DNA from: Laetmonice hystrix
Taxonomy: Eukaryota
Reading direction: 5' to 3'
Length of the DNA: 64,000 nucleotides
Assembly (NCBI GenBank): GCA_965235115.1
Contig: OZ249439.1
Span: 2,728,001-2,792,000, forward strand
This document shows positions 49,293 to 60,020 of this stretch, in pieces. The position numbers were made by a program, and so were the translations under genes. Within the stretch, counting starts at the first letter, position 1. Every line of letters starts with the position of its first letter. The notes beneath the pieces are model-generated. The model had not been told where the DNA came from, ran no database searches, and saw nothing but the letters and a program-made list of their open reading frames with translations.

Positions 49293-49946
49293 GTGAGCAA
49301 CAAGCGGGCTATGAAAATACTGTTAGCCATGGACTCTAGGGGCAGGGGGCTTCAGGAGCAGATTGATTTATTGACCAAGGAAACAGTTCACATCTCTGTT
49401 AACCCTGGAGCCGGACTGGCTAGGATTTTCGAGACAGCGTCACAGCTGCTTCTGAACTGTCCCTACGATACTGTCTGCATCTGTGGTGGCATATGTGACA
49501 TGACACAGCGTGATAGAGCAACTCGAAGGGTCACCTTACCACAGGGAACTCCGGATCAGTACACTGAGAGACTCAGAGACCTTATAGAGCAAGGAGTTGC
49601 AAGGATTCGAAAAATCAAACCCGACACTAGAATCATTGTTTTGCCACTATTCGGTGTGGACATTAATACTTACAGTTCTCTTCCTGGAACTGCAGATGAT
49701 CAGATTAGGATGAATCACACAATCACAGCCGTTAACAGGATGATTGCATCGTTCAATGATCAAAGTAAACTCTCCACACCGAATGTTGTGACACTAATTC
49801 ACCACAATAAAGGCCGCAATCGATGGTCCCACCGTTATAAATATTTGTATGATGGCTGCCATATGGGCCATGAGGCTCTCAAATATTTTGCAAAACAGTT
49901 GGTTAAATCTCTAAGAATTGGTATCAAAGAAAATGACTCCGACTAA
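49293..49946 (+). CDS. LINE ORF1, SGNH/GDSL esterase-like
   Basis: 217-aa ORF (first ATG 49311) with MDSRG (block I-like), GGICD (block III-like) and DGCH (block V DxxH). Confidence 0.75.
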   Translation: MSNKRAMKILLAMDSRGRGLQEQIDLLTKETVHISVNPGAGLARIFETASQLLLNCPYDTVCICGGICDMTQRDRATRRVTLPQGTPDQYTERLRDLIEQGVARIRKIKPDTRIIVLPLFGVDINTYSSLPGTADDQIRMNHTITAVNRMIASFNDQSKLSTPNVVTLIHHNKGRNRWSHRYKYLYDGCHMGHEALKYFAKQLVKSLRIGIKENDSD

Positions 49947-50160
49947 GATTACCAACCTCATAGCTCCTGCTTCTTATCCAGTACTATGTCTACTCTACAA
50001 GATTGCTGTTTGTCATTATCACACTTATCATCATCAGTATTCATCCACTTTCACATAGGTCGATTGAGCTTACCTAAGTTTGGTACGATGTCATCGAAGC
50101 AATATTGGTTACTGCTACTGTTGTATATAGCTGTGTTGATACCTCTTACAATTTTATCAT

Positions 50161-53010
50161 ATGGTTAACTTGAAGGATCTTGTTAATGCTAAAGGCTTTA
50201 AGGTGGTACATATAAACTCAAGAAGTTTATTAAACAAATTTCCGGAGATAAAATCAAAGTATGATACATTTGAGGTTATTATAATAACCGAATCTTGGTT
50301 GTCTGAAGATGTACCTGACTCAGCGTTGTCATTTGAAGGGTACAATCTGATTAGGCAGGACCGTTCTTCGTTCAGGAACAAAAAAGGTGGAGGCATATGT
50401 TGTTTTGTAAAAGATAATATACCTTATAGACTGAGTGGACACAATATTTCGGGAGCCACTCCTGATTATGAAGTGTTAGCAATTGAGTTACACCCGGTTA
50501 ATATGAAGAGGATAAACTTACTGTCTGTATATAGGCCCCCTGAGGGAAAGCAACAAGTACTTATTGACCACCTAACTGAAGCATTGAATAACTTGAATCG
50601 AGAACGTGCCGAGATAGTAATAATGGGTGATTATAATATAAACTATAACGATATGAGGGTTATACGTAGATTAAAAATACAAGGCTTTGAAAAGAGATTT
50701 GGTCTTAAGCAAGTCATAAATGAGGACACACGAATTTCTTCTACATCTAGCTCAAAAATTGATTTAATTTTCACAGATATAAATTATATTCAAGCATCTG
50801 GTGTGATACAGGAATATATAAGTGATCACCTCCCTATTTACTTAATTAAGAAAAAACAGCGAGAATCTATAAAGAAAAAAGAGGTGTGGGGACGATCTTA
50901 TAAACAATATAATCCGAGAGTTTTCTGCAACCTAGTAGATACAATGGATTGGTTTGAATTTGATGTTAGCAATGACCCGGAAGTATCTTGGCAGATATTT
51001 AATAGTAATGTTACCAAAGCTCTTGATTATACTTGCCCTGTAATTAAAATGATGATCCCTGAAAAAAAAGCTGAATGGATTAATAACGATATTCTTGAAT
51101 TAATGCGTGATAGAGATGCATTTTATGCTAGAGCTAGAAGGACTCAGAATGAGGATGCATGGAATATTGCTAGATTCCTCAGAAATAGAGTGAATAGTGC
51201 TATTGCAAATTATAAAGCTGAGAAGATTAAAGATGAACTACGCAGGAATTATAATAATCCTAAACGATTTTGGCAGAAAATTCGCGAGGTACTACCAGAG
51301 TCGAAGTGTACTGTTATTAATACCCTGTATGATCCTGACAAAAATGCTACTATTGATAAGGATAGGTTGCCCGACTACATAAATAAATACTTCTCAAGTA
51401 TTGGCAGTACCTTGGCTCAAAAGCATTTAGCACGCTACCCCAATTATAATATACAAGCCTATGAGCGCAATGGTAACTTGCGTGGTCTGAATAATTTAAC
51501 AAAAAATATAACTATGGAAGAATTGTTACCAATCATTCGGATGATTGACATTAAGAAATCATCAGCCTTGGGCATTAAAAGCATGGTATATAAAGATGCG
51601 TTTTTACATCTACCCAATAAGCTATGTAAAATCTTCAATGCATCCATTCAAAGTGAATCCTTTCCTGATAGTTGGAAGTGCAGCACTGTTGTACCATTGC
51701 CAAAAAAACCCAGTGTTACCGAGGCTGTAGACTTAAGACCAATCTCGTTGCTGCCTCTGCCAGGCAAAATACTTGAAAGAATTGTTAGTAAGCGATTAAG
51801 CAAATTTCTCGAACTAAATGAAATTTTGTCTGAAAAACAACATGGTTTCCGTACAGGAAAATCGACCTTAAGCGCTATTACAGCATTACTTGACAATATC
51901 TATAACAATTTGAACAACTCTCAGTCAACGTATGTGATTTATTTAGATCTTAAAAAAGCCTTTGACTCTGTTTCACATACCACACTATTAAGCAAGCTAA
52001 CTGAGATAGGCTTACCAGAGAAATTGAGAAATTGGTTTAGCAGCTATCTAGCAAATCGGTATCAAAGGGTTATACTTGATGGGAATGTATCTTCATTCAG
52101 AGATATCGAATACGGAGTACCACAAGGCTCCGTATTAGGGCCAATTTTGTTCTCAATTTACATAAACAATCTACCTCATATTATTAAGGATGGTCTACAT
52201 ATGTTTGCCGATGACACAGTCTTATTTGGTACGGATCCTGTAGTATTGCAGGAAAACCTAACAGCTACTTATGACTGGTGTTGTAGGAATACTTTAACTC
52301 TAAATACGAAAAAGACCCAGTGGATGGTCTTTGGCTCGGGCAATGTTAACAATACAGCCAGTTTCAACATCGGCGGTGAGATGCTTGAACGAGTTGATTG
52401 TTATAAATACTTGGGGCTCTATGTCGATAATAGACTAACCTTTCATGATCATCGGACTAAGTTAATAAACCAGTTGAATTTGAAGTTAAATTACTTTGCC
52501 AAGATAAGGAAATTTTTAACTGTCAATGCAGCACTCAATATATATAAAGCCACGATGCTGCCTTTATTGGACTATGCTGATTTGGTGTATGAGCAGAATA
52601 TCAAATATGCTAATAAACAAGTACAGAAGATACAAAACAGAGCCCTGAGATTAATCTACAATCAACACTTGATTCCTTATGATCAAAGATTATCAACGAA
52701 AGCACTTCATGAAAATGCCAAAATATGTAGACTGGAGTGCCGCCGAGAAAAACATTTGTTAACTCATGCATATGATCTTGCTTCTAAACCAGATAACCTT
52801 GATCTTAGGCAAATACCAACAAGATCACGTGAAGGTAAACGTCTCCGTCTACCTAAGATTAAGAATACAAGATATTATAGAAGTATATACTACAGAGCTG
52901 CTGAATCGTGGAATAGATTAACTCCTTCAATGACATTAGTCAATAGGAAATGCAAATTTAAACGGCTGTTGGATGATCTATTAAACAATACATATACAGA
53001 GAATGGTTAA
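50161..53010 (+). CDS. LINE ORF2, AP endonuclease + reverse transcriptase (949 aa)
   Basis: APE motifs HINSRSL, ITESWL, YRPP, GDYN and SDH; RT motifs QHGFR, LDLKKAFD, GVPQGSVLGP, FADDT and YKYLG; no stops. Confidence 0.95.
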   Translation: MVNLKDLVNAKGFKVVHINSRSLLNKFPEIKSKYDTFEVIIITESWLSEDVPDSALSFEGYNLIRQDRSSFRNKKGGGICCFVKDNIPYRLSGHNISGATPDYEVLAIELHPVNMKRINLLSVYRPPEGKQQVLIDHLTEALNNLNRERAEIVIMGDYNINYNDMRVIRRLKIQGFEKRFGLKQVINEDTRISSTSSSKIDLIFTDINYIQASGVIQEYISDHLPIYLIKKKQRESIKKKEVWGRSYKQYNPRVFCNLVDTMDWFEFDVSNDPEVSWQIFNSNVTKALDYTCPVIKMMIPEKKAEWINNDILELMRDRDAFYARARRTQNEDAWNIARFLRNRVNSAIANYKAEKIKDELRRNYNNPKRFWQKIREVLPESKCTVINTLYDPDKNATIDKDRLPDYINKYFSSIGSTLAQKHLARYPNYNIQAYERNGNLRGLNNLTKNITMEELLPIIRMIDIKKSSALGIKSMVYKDAFLHLPNKLCKIFNASIQSESFPDSWKCSTVVPLPKKPSVTEAVDLRPISLLPLPGKILERIVSKRLSKFLELNEILSEKQHGFRTGKSTLSAITALLDNIYNNLNNSQSTYVIYLDLKKAFDSVSHTTLLSKLTEIGLPEKLRNWFSSYLANRYQRVILDGNVSSFRDIEYGVPQGSVLGPILFSIYINNLPHIIKDGLHMFADDTVLFGTDPVVLQENLTATYDWCCRNTLTLNTKKTQWMVFGSGNVNNTASFNIGGEMLERVDCYKYLGLYVDNRLTFHDHRTKLINQLNLKLNYFAKIRKFLTVNAALNIYKATMLPLLDYADLVYEQNIKYANKQVQKIQNRALRLIYNQHLIPYDQRLSTKALHENAKICRLECRREKHLLTHAYDLASKPDNLDLRQIPTRSREGKRLRLPKIKNTRYYRSIYYRAAESWNRLTPSMTLVNRKCKFKRLLDDLLNNTYTENG

Positions 53011-54448
53011 CACCGTGTTACGTGAGTGGTATATAGCTTCGATGTACAAATACAAATATACAGTTTGTATCCGCAGAATAATTATATGGAGTTTGAAATT
53101 TTACCATCTCATTCCATCATTATTTCATTTTCAACAATGATCTTGGATTCCAGCGAAGGTAGCCGTATTCTCTATGTATTATCTGTAGTGTGATTTAGTG
53201 GGAGGGGGTGGAAGACCAGTCATTGACTGAACCCCAATTCCCAAAATAAAAATTATCAAAAAAAAAAAAAAAAAAAAATTATTTTCACCATGTACTTACC
53301 CAGGACCAGGTGAACTGTCTCGGCACTGGCTGATTATCTCGCACAAAGTGTATCTTTCTTATTATAGGAGTATATCCTATTTAAATACGTATCCTAAAAT
53401 GTCTTGTTTATATCTTCTTCACACATATTTATGGACCTACGATAGCATTCTGTGCAGATCTACGCAAATCCTAGGTTGTATTAGGGAGTAATTCGAATGA
53501 AGTCTTATAAAACTGTGACGTGAACACATCACCAGACATGAGAATAATAATTATTGTCATCACCTACATACACGACTTTTGTCTTCTTCTTCCTACATTT
53601 CTTTACAGTTTATTGAGGATTATTTATTGATTATTTATTTATTCACACCAGAATTATTGGTTACACTGTGAAATGAAGATTCGTTCAAGCCAATGACTCA
53701 GACGACCCACTGAATATCCGAGCAAAAACGGTTAGGGCAACAGATCATCGTTGTGGTACAAGCTCATTTTTAAATCATACACATAGGATTTCAGCCCAGG
53801 GAACGAGGACAACCATCACGCGTTTTAACAGTTATTTAACGTCGGAGGTTTAACACGTACAGTAATTGACCTTCGTGGCAGATTGAAGGGCGAACAGTCG
53901 ATCGGTTTGACCTTCGTGGCAGATTGAAGGTAGAACTGTCGACCTGTTTGACAAATAAACGACAACACGAGTTCTCTGGTGACTGGTGACAAGTCACAGT
54001 CATTAGTTATAGTCTTGTTATCATCAGTGATATCACGTCAGGCGAGATTTGTTGAGGCAGAGTTTACTTGTCTCATTCCGACCTATATGGGTCTGATCTC
54101 TGCCTATAAAGGACAGAGTATTGTGGCGCAGATTTCGAAGGAGGGACAAGAGTTTGTGTTTAACAAACGATACAGGTAAGTGTTGACGTTCATATCGTAA
54201 TCCAGGTACGGAAATGATGCCATTCAGCAGATAAAGTGGATTTACATTCAGATCAAAGTTCCAGGTGAGTTTAGACAGTTTGCTTTGTTTCGATATCCAA
54301 TTAGTTACCCTCCCCCATTTTTATAATGATTTTGATGGTATACCTCTCTGGGTGCTCCACCCAAGGAGTTGGGTTTTGCGCTCGCACCTGTTGGAAATGG
54401 TCAAAGAGGACGCACTCGCGTAGTGCTGACCAGGCGAACGAGTCACTC

Positions 54449-54757
54449 AATTTTTTTATTTTTAATTTTGTTGACGTTTACGTGATCCCACCTATCATGG
54501 AAATAGATTCACAACAAAGGAAATTAAAATTGTTCAAGGATAACGGCACAAATGAGGCTCTCTCAGAAGGCCTGTGGAGACCCTGGCACGCCCCACCATA
54601 GGAAATGGCTCTATCTCGGTGCGCACCGAGATAGGTTTCAAATACTGCACACAAACTAATAGAAGGTTTATCAGGCCAATGGTATCGGTAGGAATCTGTT
54701 CTAGTACTATGTGCACAATGTATGATAGGAGAAATGCCATTTTGTGCGAGACGAATA
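54449..54757 (-). mobile_element. Unit-B-specific ~310-bp insertion, probably an antisense retroposed fragment
   Basis: Absent at the matching unit A site (~41597); T-rich left end could be a minus-strand A tail; 24-bp perfect palindrome at 54611-54634. Confidence 0.5.
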
Positions 54758-55259
54758 GCACCTTTAACTGACAGTCGTCATGTCTCGGCTGTATGGCGGA
54801 GGTCGCCATGTAATCCAACATGTAACGGGGTGAGAGCGGTGTAGGTCTCTGTAAGAAAAGCACGAAACGCGATGTTTTGCAAGGACTCTAAGAGATAATT
54901 CCTACCACGAACGTTGGATGAACCCTCGGTGGATCTGGTCATATGGCGCTTTTGGTGATGAGTGCTGTAGATCAGTGGTTTTTGTGTCACATTTGAGGTG
55001 GGATCCCTGTGAGTTTTGGTTTACGCTTCCATGACCAGGGACTAGGACTCACATTGTACAGCGTAGTACTGGATCATGCGCTTGTAGGAATTGATCTCAC
55101 TTCATTGGACTTCACCCTGCCCAGGTATGTTGGCTGAAAACGCCACCCCGAATGTACTACAGGTACCCGCCCAAGCTTGGCGTCGCCCATCTACGACGAA
55201 GATTAATAAAAAGAAGGTAACTGAGTTGAAGGACACTTTGAAATCAGTATTAGGGTGAA

Positions 55260-55952
55260 TTGTCTGCCTACAAGCCTGGTGAAGGGCAGGCTCCGGAAAC
55301 TGGCAGGAATGTCGCTGAGATGCTGGACATGATATTGTTGGAGGTACGGGCCCTTCGTGCTGAGAGGGACGGAATGGTGGTGGAGGTGAACCAGCTAAAG
55401 AAAGCGCAGAAGTATTTTCAGGAGCACCAGGTGAAGATGACGGACACTCTCTCGCAGCAACAGAGATTCTTAGAAGAGATTAACGCACGTGACCGTGCCA
55501 GAAATGTTGTCATTACTGGCCTCAGTGAATCAGAGCCACTTGGAGTCGCAGAGTCAGACGACGCAAAATGCGGATGTATTCTGGAGGTAGTGGGTTGTGC
55601 TGGGATGCCTGTGACGTGCTAGCGTGTGGGGAAGAAGAAGGAGGGGCAGCATCGACCGCTTATCGTGAAGACCCCTTCGGCCGACGAAAGAGAGAGGATC
55701 CTATCTAATACTGCCAGGCTTAAGGACGCAGGAGGGATATACAGGAGGGTATTTGTGAAAAAAGATGTCCACCCAGCTGTGAGGCGAGAGTGGTTGCGCC
55801 TGACAAACGCAGAGAAAGCTGAGAAGGAGAAGCCTGAGAATGTGGGATGCAATATCAGACTGGACACCCAACGACGGGTTTTGATGCGTGATGATGTCAT
55901 TATAGATGGATGGTCTCCATCGTATTTCCAGCCAAAGGTCCAAAGCAACTAA
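55260..55952 (+). pseudogene. Disrupted LINE ORF1 (in-frame TAG at 55620-55622)
   Basis: ORFs 55260-55622 and 55626-55952 share a frame; coiled-coil region followed by RVGKKKEGQHRPLIVK...RVFVKKD, typical of LINE ORF1 C-termini. Confidence 0.7.
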
Positions 55953-56896
55953 AAATTGGATACTGGAATTTAAGAGGGATTAGGAAGAAGATCGAGTCCA
56001 ATGTTGCACTGGAATGGATTATGCAGCATGACTTGGTGTGCCTAAGTGAGACATGGTCTGATAAACCCTTTCATGTACCCGGTTTTGATGTCAGACATAG
56101 CAGGAATACGAGCATAAATCGTGGTGGCGTAGCTCTACTGATAAGGTATTATTTGGTTAATTTTGTGACATACGTTGACACACAGTCTCAGGACCACGTG
56201 TGGTGGAGATTGTCGTTTTTGCCTAATGTTTTGTTCTGTGGTTGTTATGTGCCACCCTCAGACTTATGCTATTATAATGACGATGTGTTAGCTGGAATAC
56301 AAGGTCGATGCCCTGATAAAGACCCTGATTATTTTGTTATCGGAAGTGACCTTAATGCCAGATGTGGGGCAGCAGTGAACAGTTTGGTGAGTGATAAGCC
56401 CTTACTCTCATATGAAGGTATCCAGGTTAATATTCCTCGCCCGAATAACACTGGTAAGAAACTTCTGCAGTTGTGCAAAGATTGTGATATATTAATATTG
56501 AATCATCTTAAAGTAAGCAATTCGCATTTCCAAGGTGCCCTGTCATTCCACAGAAGATCCAATTGGATTTCGGAGTTGGATTTGTGTTTGATGTCAAATG
56601 ATATTGTCAATTCAGTGTCTTACTTTAAGGTAGATCAAAGACTGTGCTTCCCATCAGATCATGCGCCTGTTTCTGTGTGGTTTTGTGTGGACGCTCTCGG
56701 TCCTGGCGATATTGGGGCTCTCACTGCCCGCTCGCGTATGCTCGGCCAGCAGTGTGTTCCCTCCCAGCAATTAAAGTCAGGGTGTAAACGTCCTGTGAGG
56801 TACTCTCAGATTGACCAAGATCAATTTATATATCAATTGGCCCAGTGTGATATACCGAATATGTGCGATAGCGGTGGTGAAACAATGGTAGGTCTT
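55910..56896 (+). pseudogene. Truncated LINE ORF2: AP endonuclease domain only
   Basis: IGYWNLRG, CLSETW, GGVALL, YVPP, SDLNAR, NNTGKKLL and SDHAP; homology is cut where the sequence rejoins unit A at 56897. Confidence 0.8.
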
Positions 56897-57353
56897 CCAG
56901 TTGAAGAAGAGACTGTTTTGTCTCCACTGTAGAAAATTCGAGAAGGATACAGGTCTAGGTATGTTAAGAAATGAGATTTGAACTAGGCCTAGATCTATGT
57001 GCCTGTGCTTTGGGGAAATTCGACCATTTACTGCTCCTCTGTTCATGCGCGATGCCGCTTCAGGGGGTTTAGCACAAATCCTGGGGAATTGACCGCTTAC
57101 ATATGAAGCCTGGTTCGCCTCCGGATATGACCTAGAAACAGCCACTCAGAAGCAGCGTCGGTGTTCCGACTGGCGCACGAGTGTGAAAGATGAAATCGCT
57201 CGCTCGCGTCCTGGAGAAATCCCGCATAATGAGACTATTACAGAGGGGAAGTCCACTAGACAGCATGACATCAGCTGCCAGGAATAGAAAGGAGCGCCTT
57301 GCTGCAATTTGGCACTGTGTTCGTTTTGTAGCTATTAACAGCATGCCCTATAA

Positions 57354-57703
57354 AGGCCTGTACCCACTAGTGCGTTTTACCGCTGCGGTATGTGGAAAAT
57401 CGCGACGCACGACGCAGAGATTGGTACAACTGAATTTCATAGAATGGTTTCCATTTGAGCGATGCGGCAAAAATACCTGATTGACCCTGCCGCGGCCGAC
57501 GCACAGCGGAAAAAGCCGTTGAAAAAATAGCATTTGAAGCGATTAACCGCGGCGGGACGTGACACCTGAAAGGGAGTGAATGATGACCGGTATGCGTTTT
57601 TCTGCCTCAGTGGGAACAGGTTACCTAATCAGGGCCGCCGCGATTTCCCGTCGCGGGAAATCGCGGCGTTTGTGTCTGAGTGACAAAACGCCCTAGTGGG
57701 TCT
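57354..57703. mobile_element. MITE (PIF/Harbinger-like), unit B only
   Basis: TIR acccactag(t/g)gcgtttt; flanks TAA-AGG...TCT-TTA; empty site gccctaTTAtg in unit A at 42231. Confidence 0.75.
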
Positions 57704-58817
57704 TTATGATGTTAGGGGGAAGAGGGGTGGTGGCTGTGTGGTTTCAGACAGTAAATCCTGCCTACTATTCCTGCCTTGCTGGATCGTCATGCACTAGAAA
57801 CACTAAAAAGACAAAATGTTAACAGGACCTGTAATACTAAACTTCCAAAGAAAAACAATTCTAACCTCACAACACACAATCCTTTAGGCCTACAAACAAC
57901 ATCTTCACCTAACAAGGATATTTCAAAACAACCACAGATCTCCCTACTCTAATTAGGTCATTTCGCCACACTAGTGCGTATCGAGACTTTTGTCAAGAGC
58001 CCAAGACATGTTTTTGTAGGGGACACGTTCAGTCAGTGCTTTTGCATTATCCTTCGAGTTTCCAGGGCAGTGTGGCAGTGCCTTGGAATGGATTCTGTTT
58101 CTACGGGCTTGTTTAGGCCTGCACCAGGCTTTTTCAGGTCTAACGGTGGGTCATTATATAGGACGGTCAATACACGATCCGGTAATTACCCAATATCATC
58201 CAACGCATCAACACGTTCTCCTTTAAAAATAGATATGATTCAAAATAACACTTGAAGGGAGTGTGGCGACCCTGACTATGGATGTCAGGGTCTGCGGGCA
58301 CAGGCTCCGTGTACGTATAACTTACTTCTCGTTGTGTTCCTAGAGATCATACCTGAATTGGGGATCGAGACGGTGTGGCTGGAGTGGGGGATAATGGACT
58401 TAAGGTCTTAAGTATAGGCAGAAGGAAAGTGATACGCAAAACAGTATTATGGATGATATAGACAATATTATATTCAGCACTTTATGGTTCCTAACCCGTT
58501 GTGGTTGGCGAGTTACCTGACCATGTGTGTGTATTACAAGAGAAAACTTACTAATGGATACTTACCAAAACACGGATGGGGAGGGATGCATGGGTTGTGG
58601 AGAACGCCACTCCTTTGGAAGGCGAGTAAGTCACACCAAACACACACCGCCGAGCAGCAGGGTCAATCTGGCGCAGGAGATACAGCACTGGGTAAGAAGG
58701 CCCGGCAGGGATCTATCAGTCGCCAGCCGCAGCCGGCCCAGATATGCCAGAATGCGCTTCTTTGCCGCTGGACTTGGACGAATCTCTAGAAGAACCAGTG
58801 CTGCCAACTGCGCTTAA

Positions 58818-59283
58818 AGGCCTGTGACCACTTGAGCGGTATGCCGCGCGTCTTAACGCCGCGTGATACGCACAGTGAAACACGCGGCGGAATACGCGGC
58901 GGCAATGCTTGTCCACTTTGGCGTGAAATTGCAGGCGCATACGGTCACTGATCATCATATCTTATCATATAGGCTTGGGTTTTTCTCCACTTCTGTGATC
59001 AGATATGCTCAGTTGTTCGGTCGTCCGCCTTTCGAGACATCTTGGTGAATGGCCAGGTGCAATTCAGTGCCAACGCTTCACAAAACACGCGGCTTAATAC
59101 GCGCAATAAATAGATTTTCTTTACCGAGCGTATCACGTGGCGGTGGGAGTGCGTGTTTTTTTGCCGCCATGCTCAGGTGGACACTCCTGCATTGGAATCT
59201 GTTGTTCTTTTACTAGGCGTTTTACCGCCGCGTATCATGCGGCGTTATGACGCGCGGCATACCGCTCAAGTGGACACAGGCCT
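58818..59283. mobile_element. MITE with 54-bp TIRs (PIF/Harbinger- or Kolobok-like), unit B only
   Basis: aggcctgtgaccacttgagcggtatgccgcgcg... and its reverse complement differ at 3 of 54 positions; empty site gcgctTAAtgctg in unit A at 43565. Confidence 0.88.
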
Positions 59284-60020
59284 TTATGCTGCTCCCACGT
59301 CTGCTGCTCGACTGCTGCTCGGGCGGGGGTGGTGTTGGCTGCCGTCCCATTGGAGAGGGTGGATCACTCTCGCCGATTCCAAGCCGTGCAGCCGGTCTTA
59401 AGGAAGGGCTGCAGCCAATAGGAATGGTGACCAATAGGAAATGTCCCCAACCCTGGCACTTCAAAGGGTGGCCAACAGGAGATCAGATCTCCAGGAGTGG
59501 TTGAAGACTGACGTCCCAGCCCTCGCCACGCAGTGGCCACGCCCACACACGGACGGTCTGGACGCTGCGGGTGGGAGTGGGCACTCCCACGGTCACCAAG
59601 GCCAAAATACTGACATACAAAGTTTGGAATAAAATACACTTACTTACTAACGGTTCCGGATACCGTATACTGTATACTTGGGACGAAAGCTGGACTAGAG
59701 GTACGTGTATATATTGTACGTGATAGCTTGGCGCCTAGTGATTTTAATAGGCACGTATAGACAGCAGTTATATAACAGTTCTACTGAGGTTGTCACAAGT
59801 TTCATTTTTTTATTTTGTCGTATTTAGCTTACTGTAAACTTCTCATTGGCTTTTAACGTTTTGCCACCGGCTACAAAAGGATGTCAGCAACCATTAGGAT
59901 CTCGCAGCGATGACTGTATAATTTCCTAATTATTTATACGTTTTGTTTACCCCCCCCCCCCCATCCGGCACTCCCTAAATCAATCGTAATGTCTCTCGTT
60001 TCTCCAGCTAACCTTCAGAA

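Larger units (their letters stand above)
48677..53278 (+). mobile_element. Full-length CR1/L2-group non-LTR retrotransposon (esterase ORF1 + APE-RT ORF2, poly-A tail)
   Basis: Both ends are defined by the empty site in unit A (ggtcggat|tattttcacc, ~39880). AATAAA at 53245 and a 21-A tail at 53258-53278; both ORFs intact. Confidence 0.92.
54812..56896 (+). mobile_element. 3'-truncated non-LTR retrotransposon (ORF1 + endonuclease only)
   Basis: Absent from unit A; carries an ORF1-like frame and an APE domain but no RT. Confidence 0.8.

Noticed and set aside
57060-57295. Frame ...TATQKQRRCSDWRTSVKDEIAR... faintly resembling a Myb/SANT domain of Harbinger elements (also 41960-42110)
   Set aside because: Stops and frameshifts, few diagnostic residues, and no transposase or TIRs found; needs a profile search.
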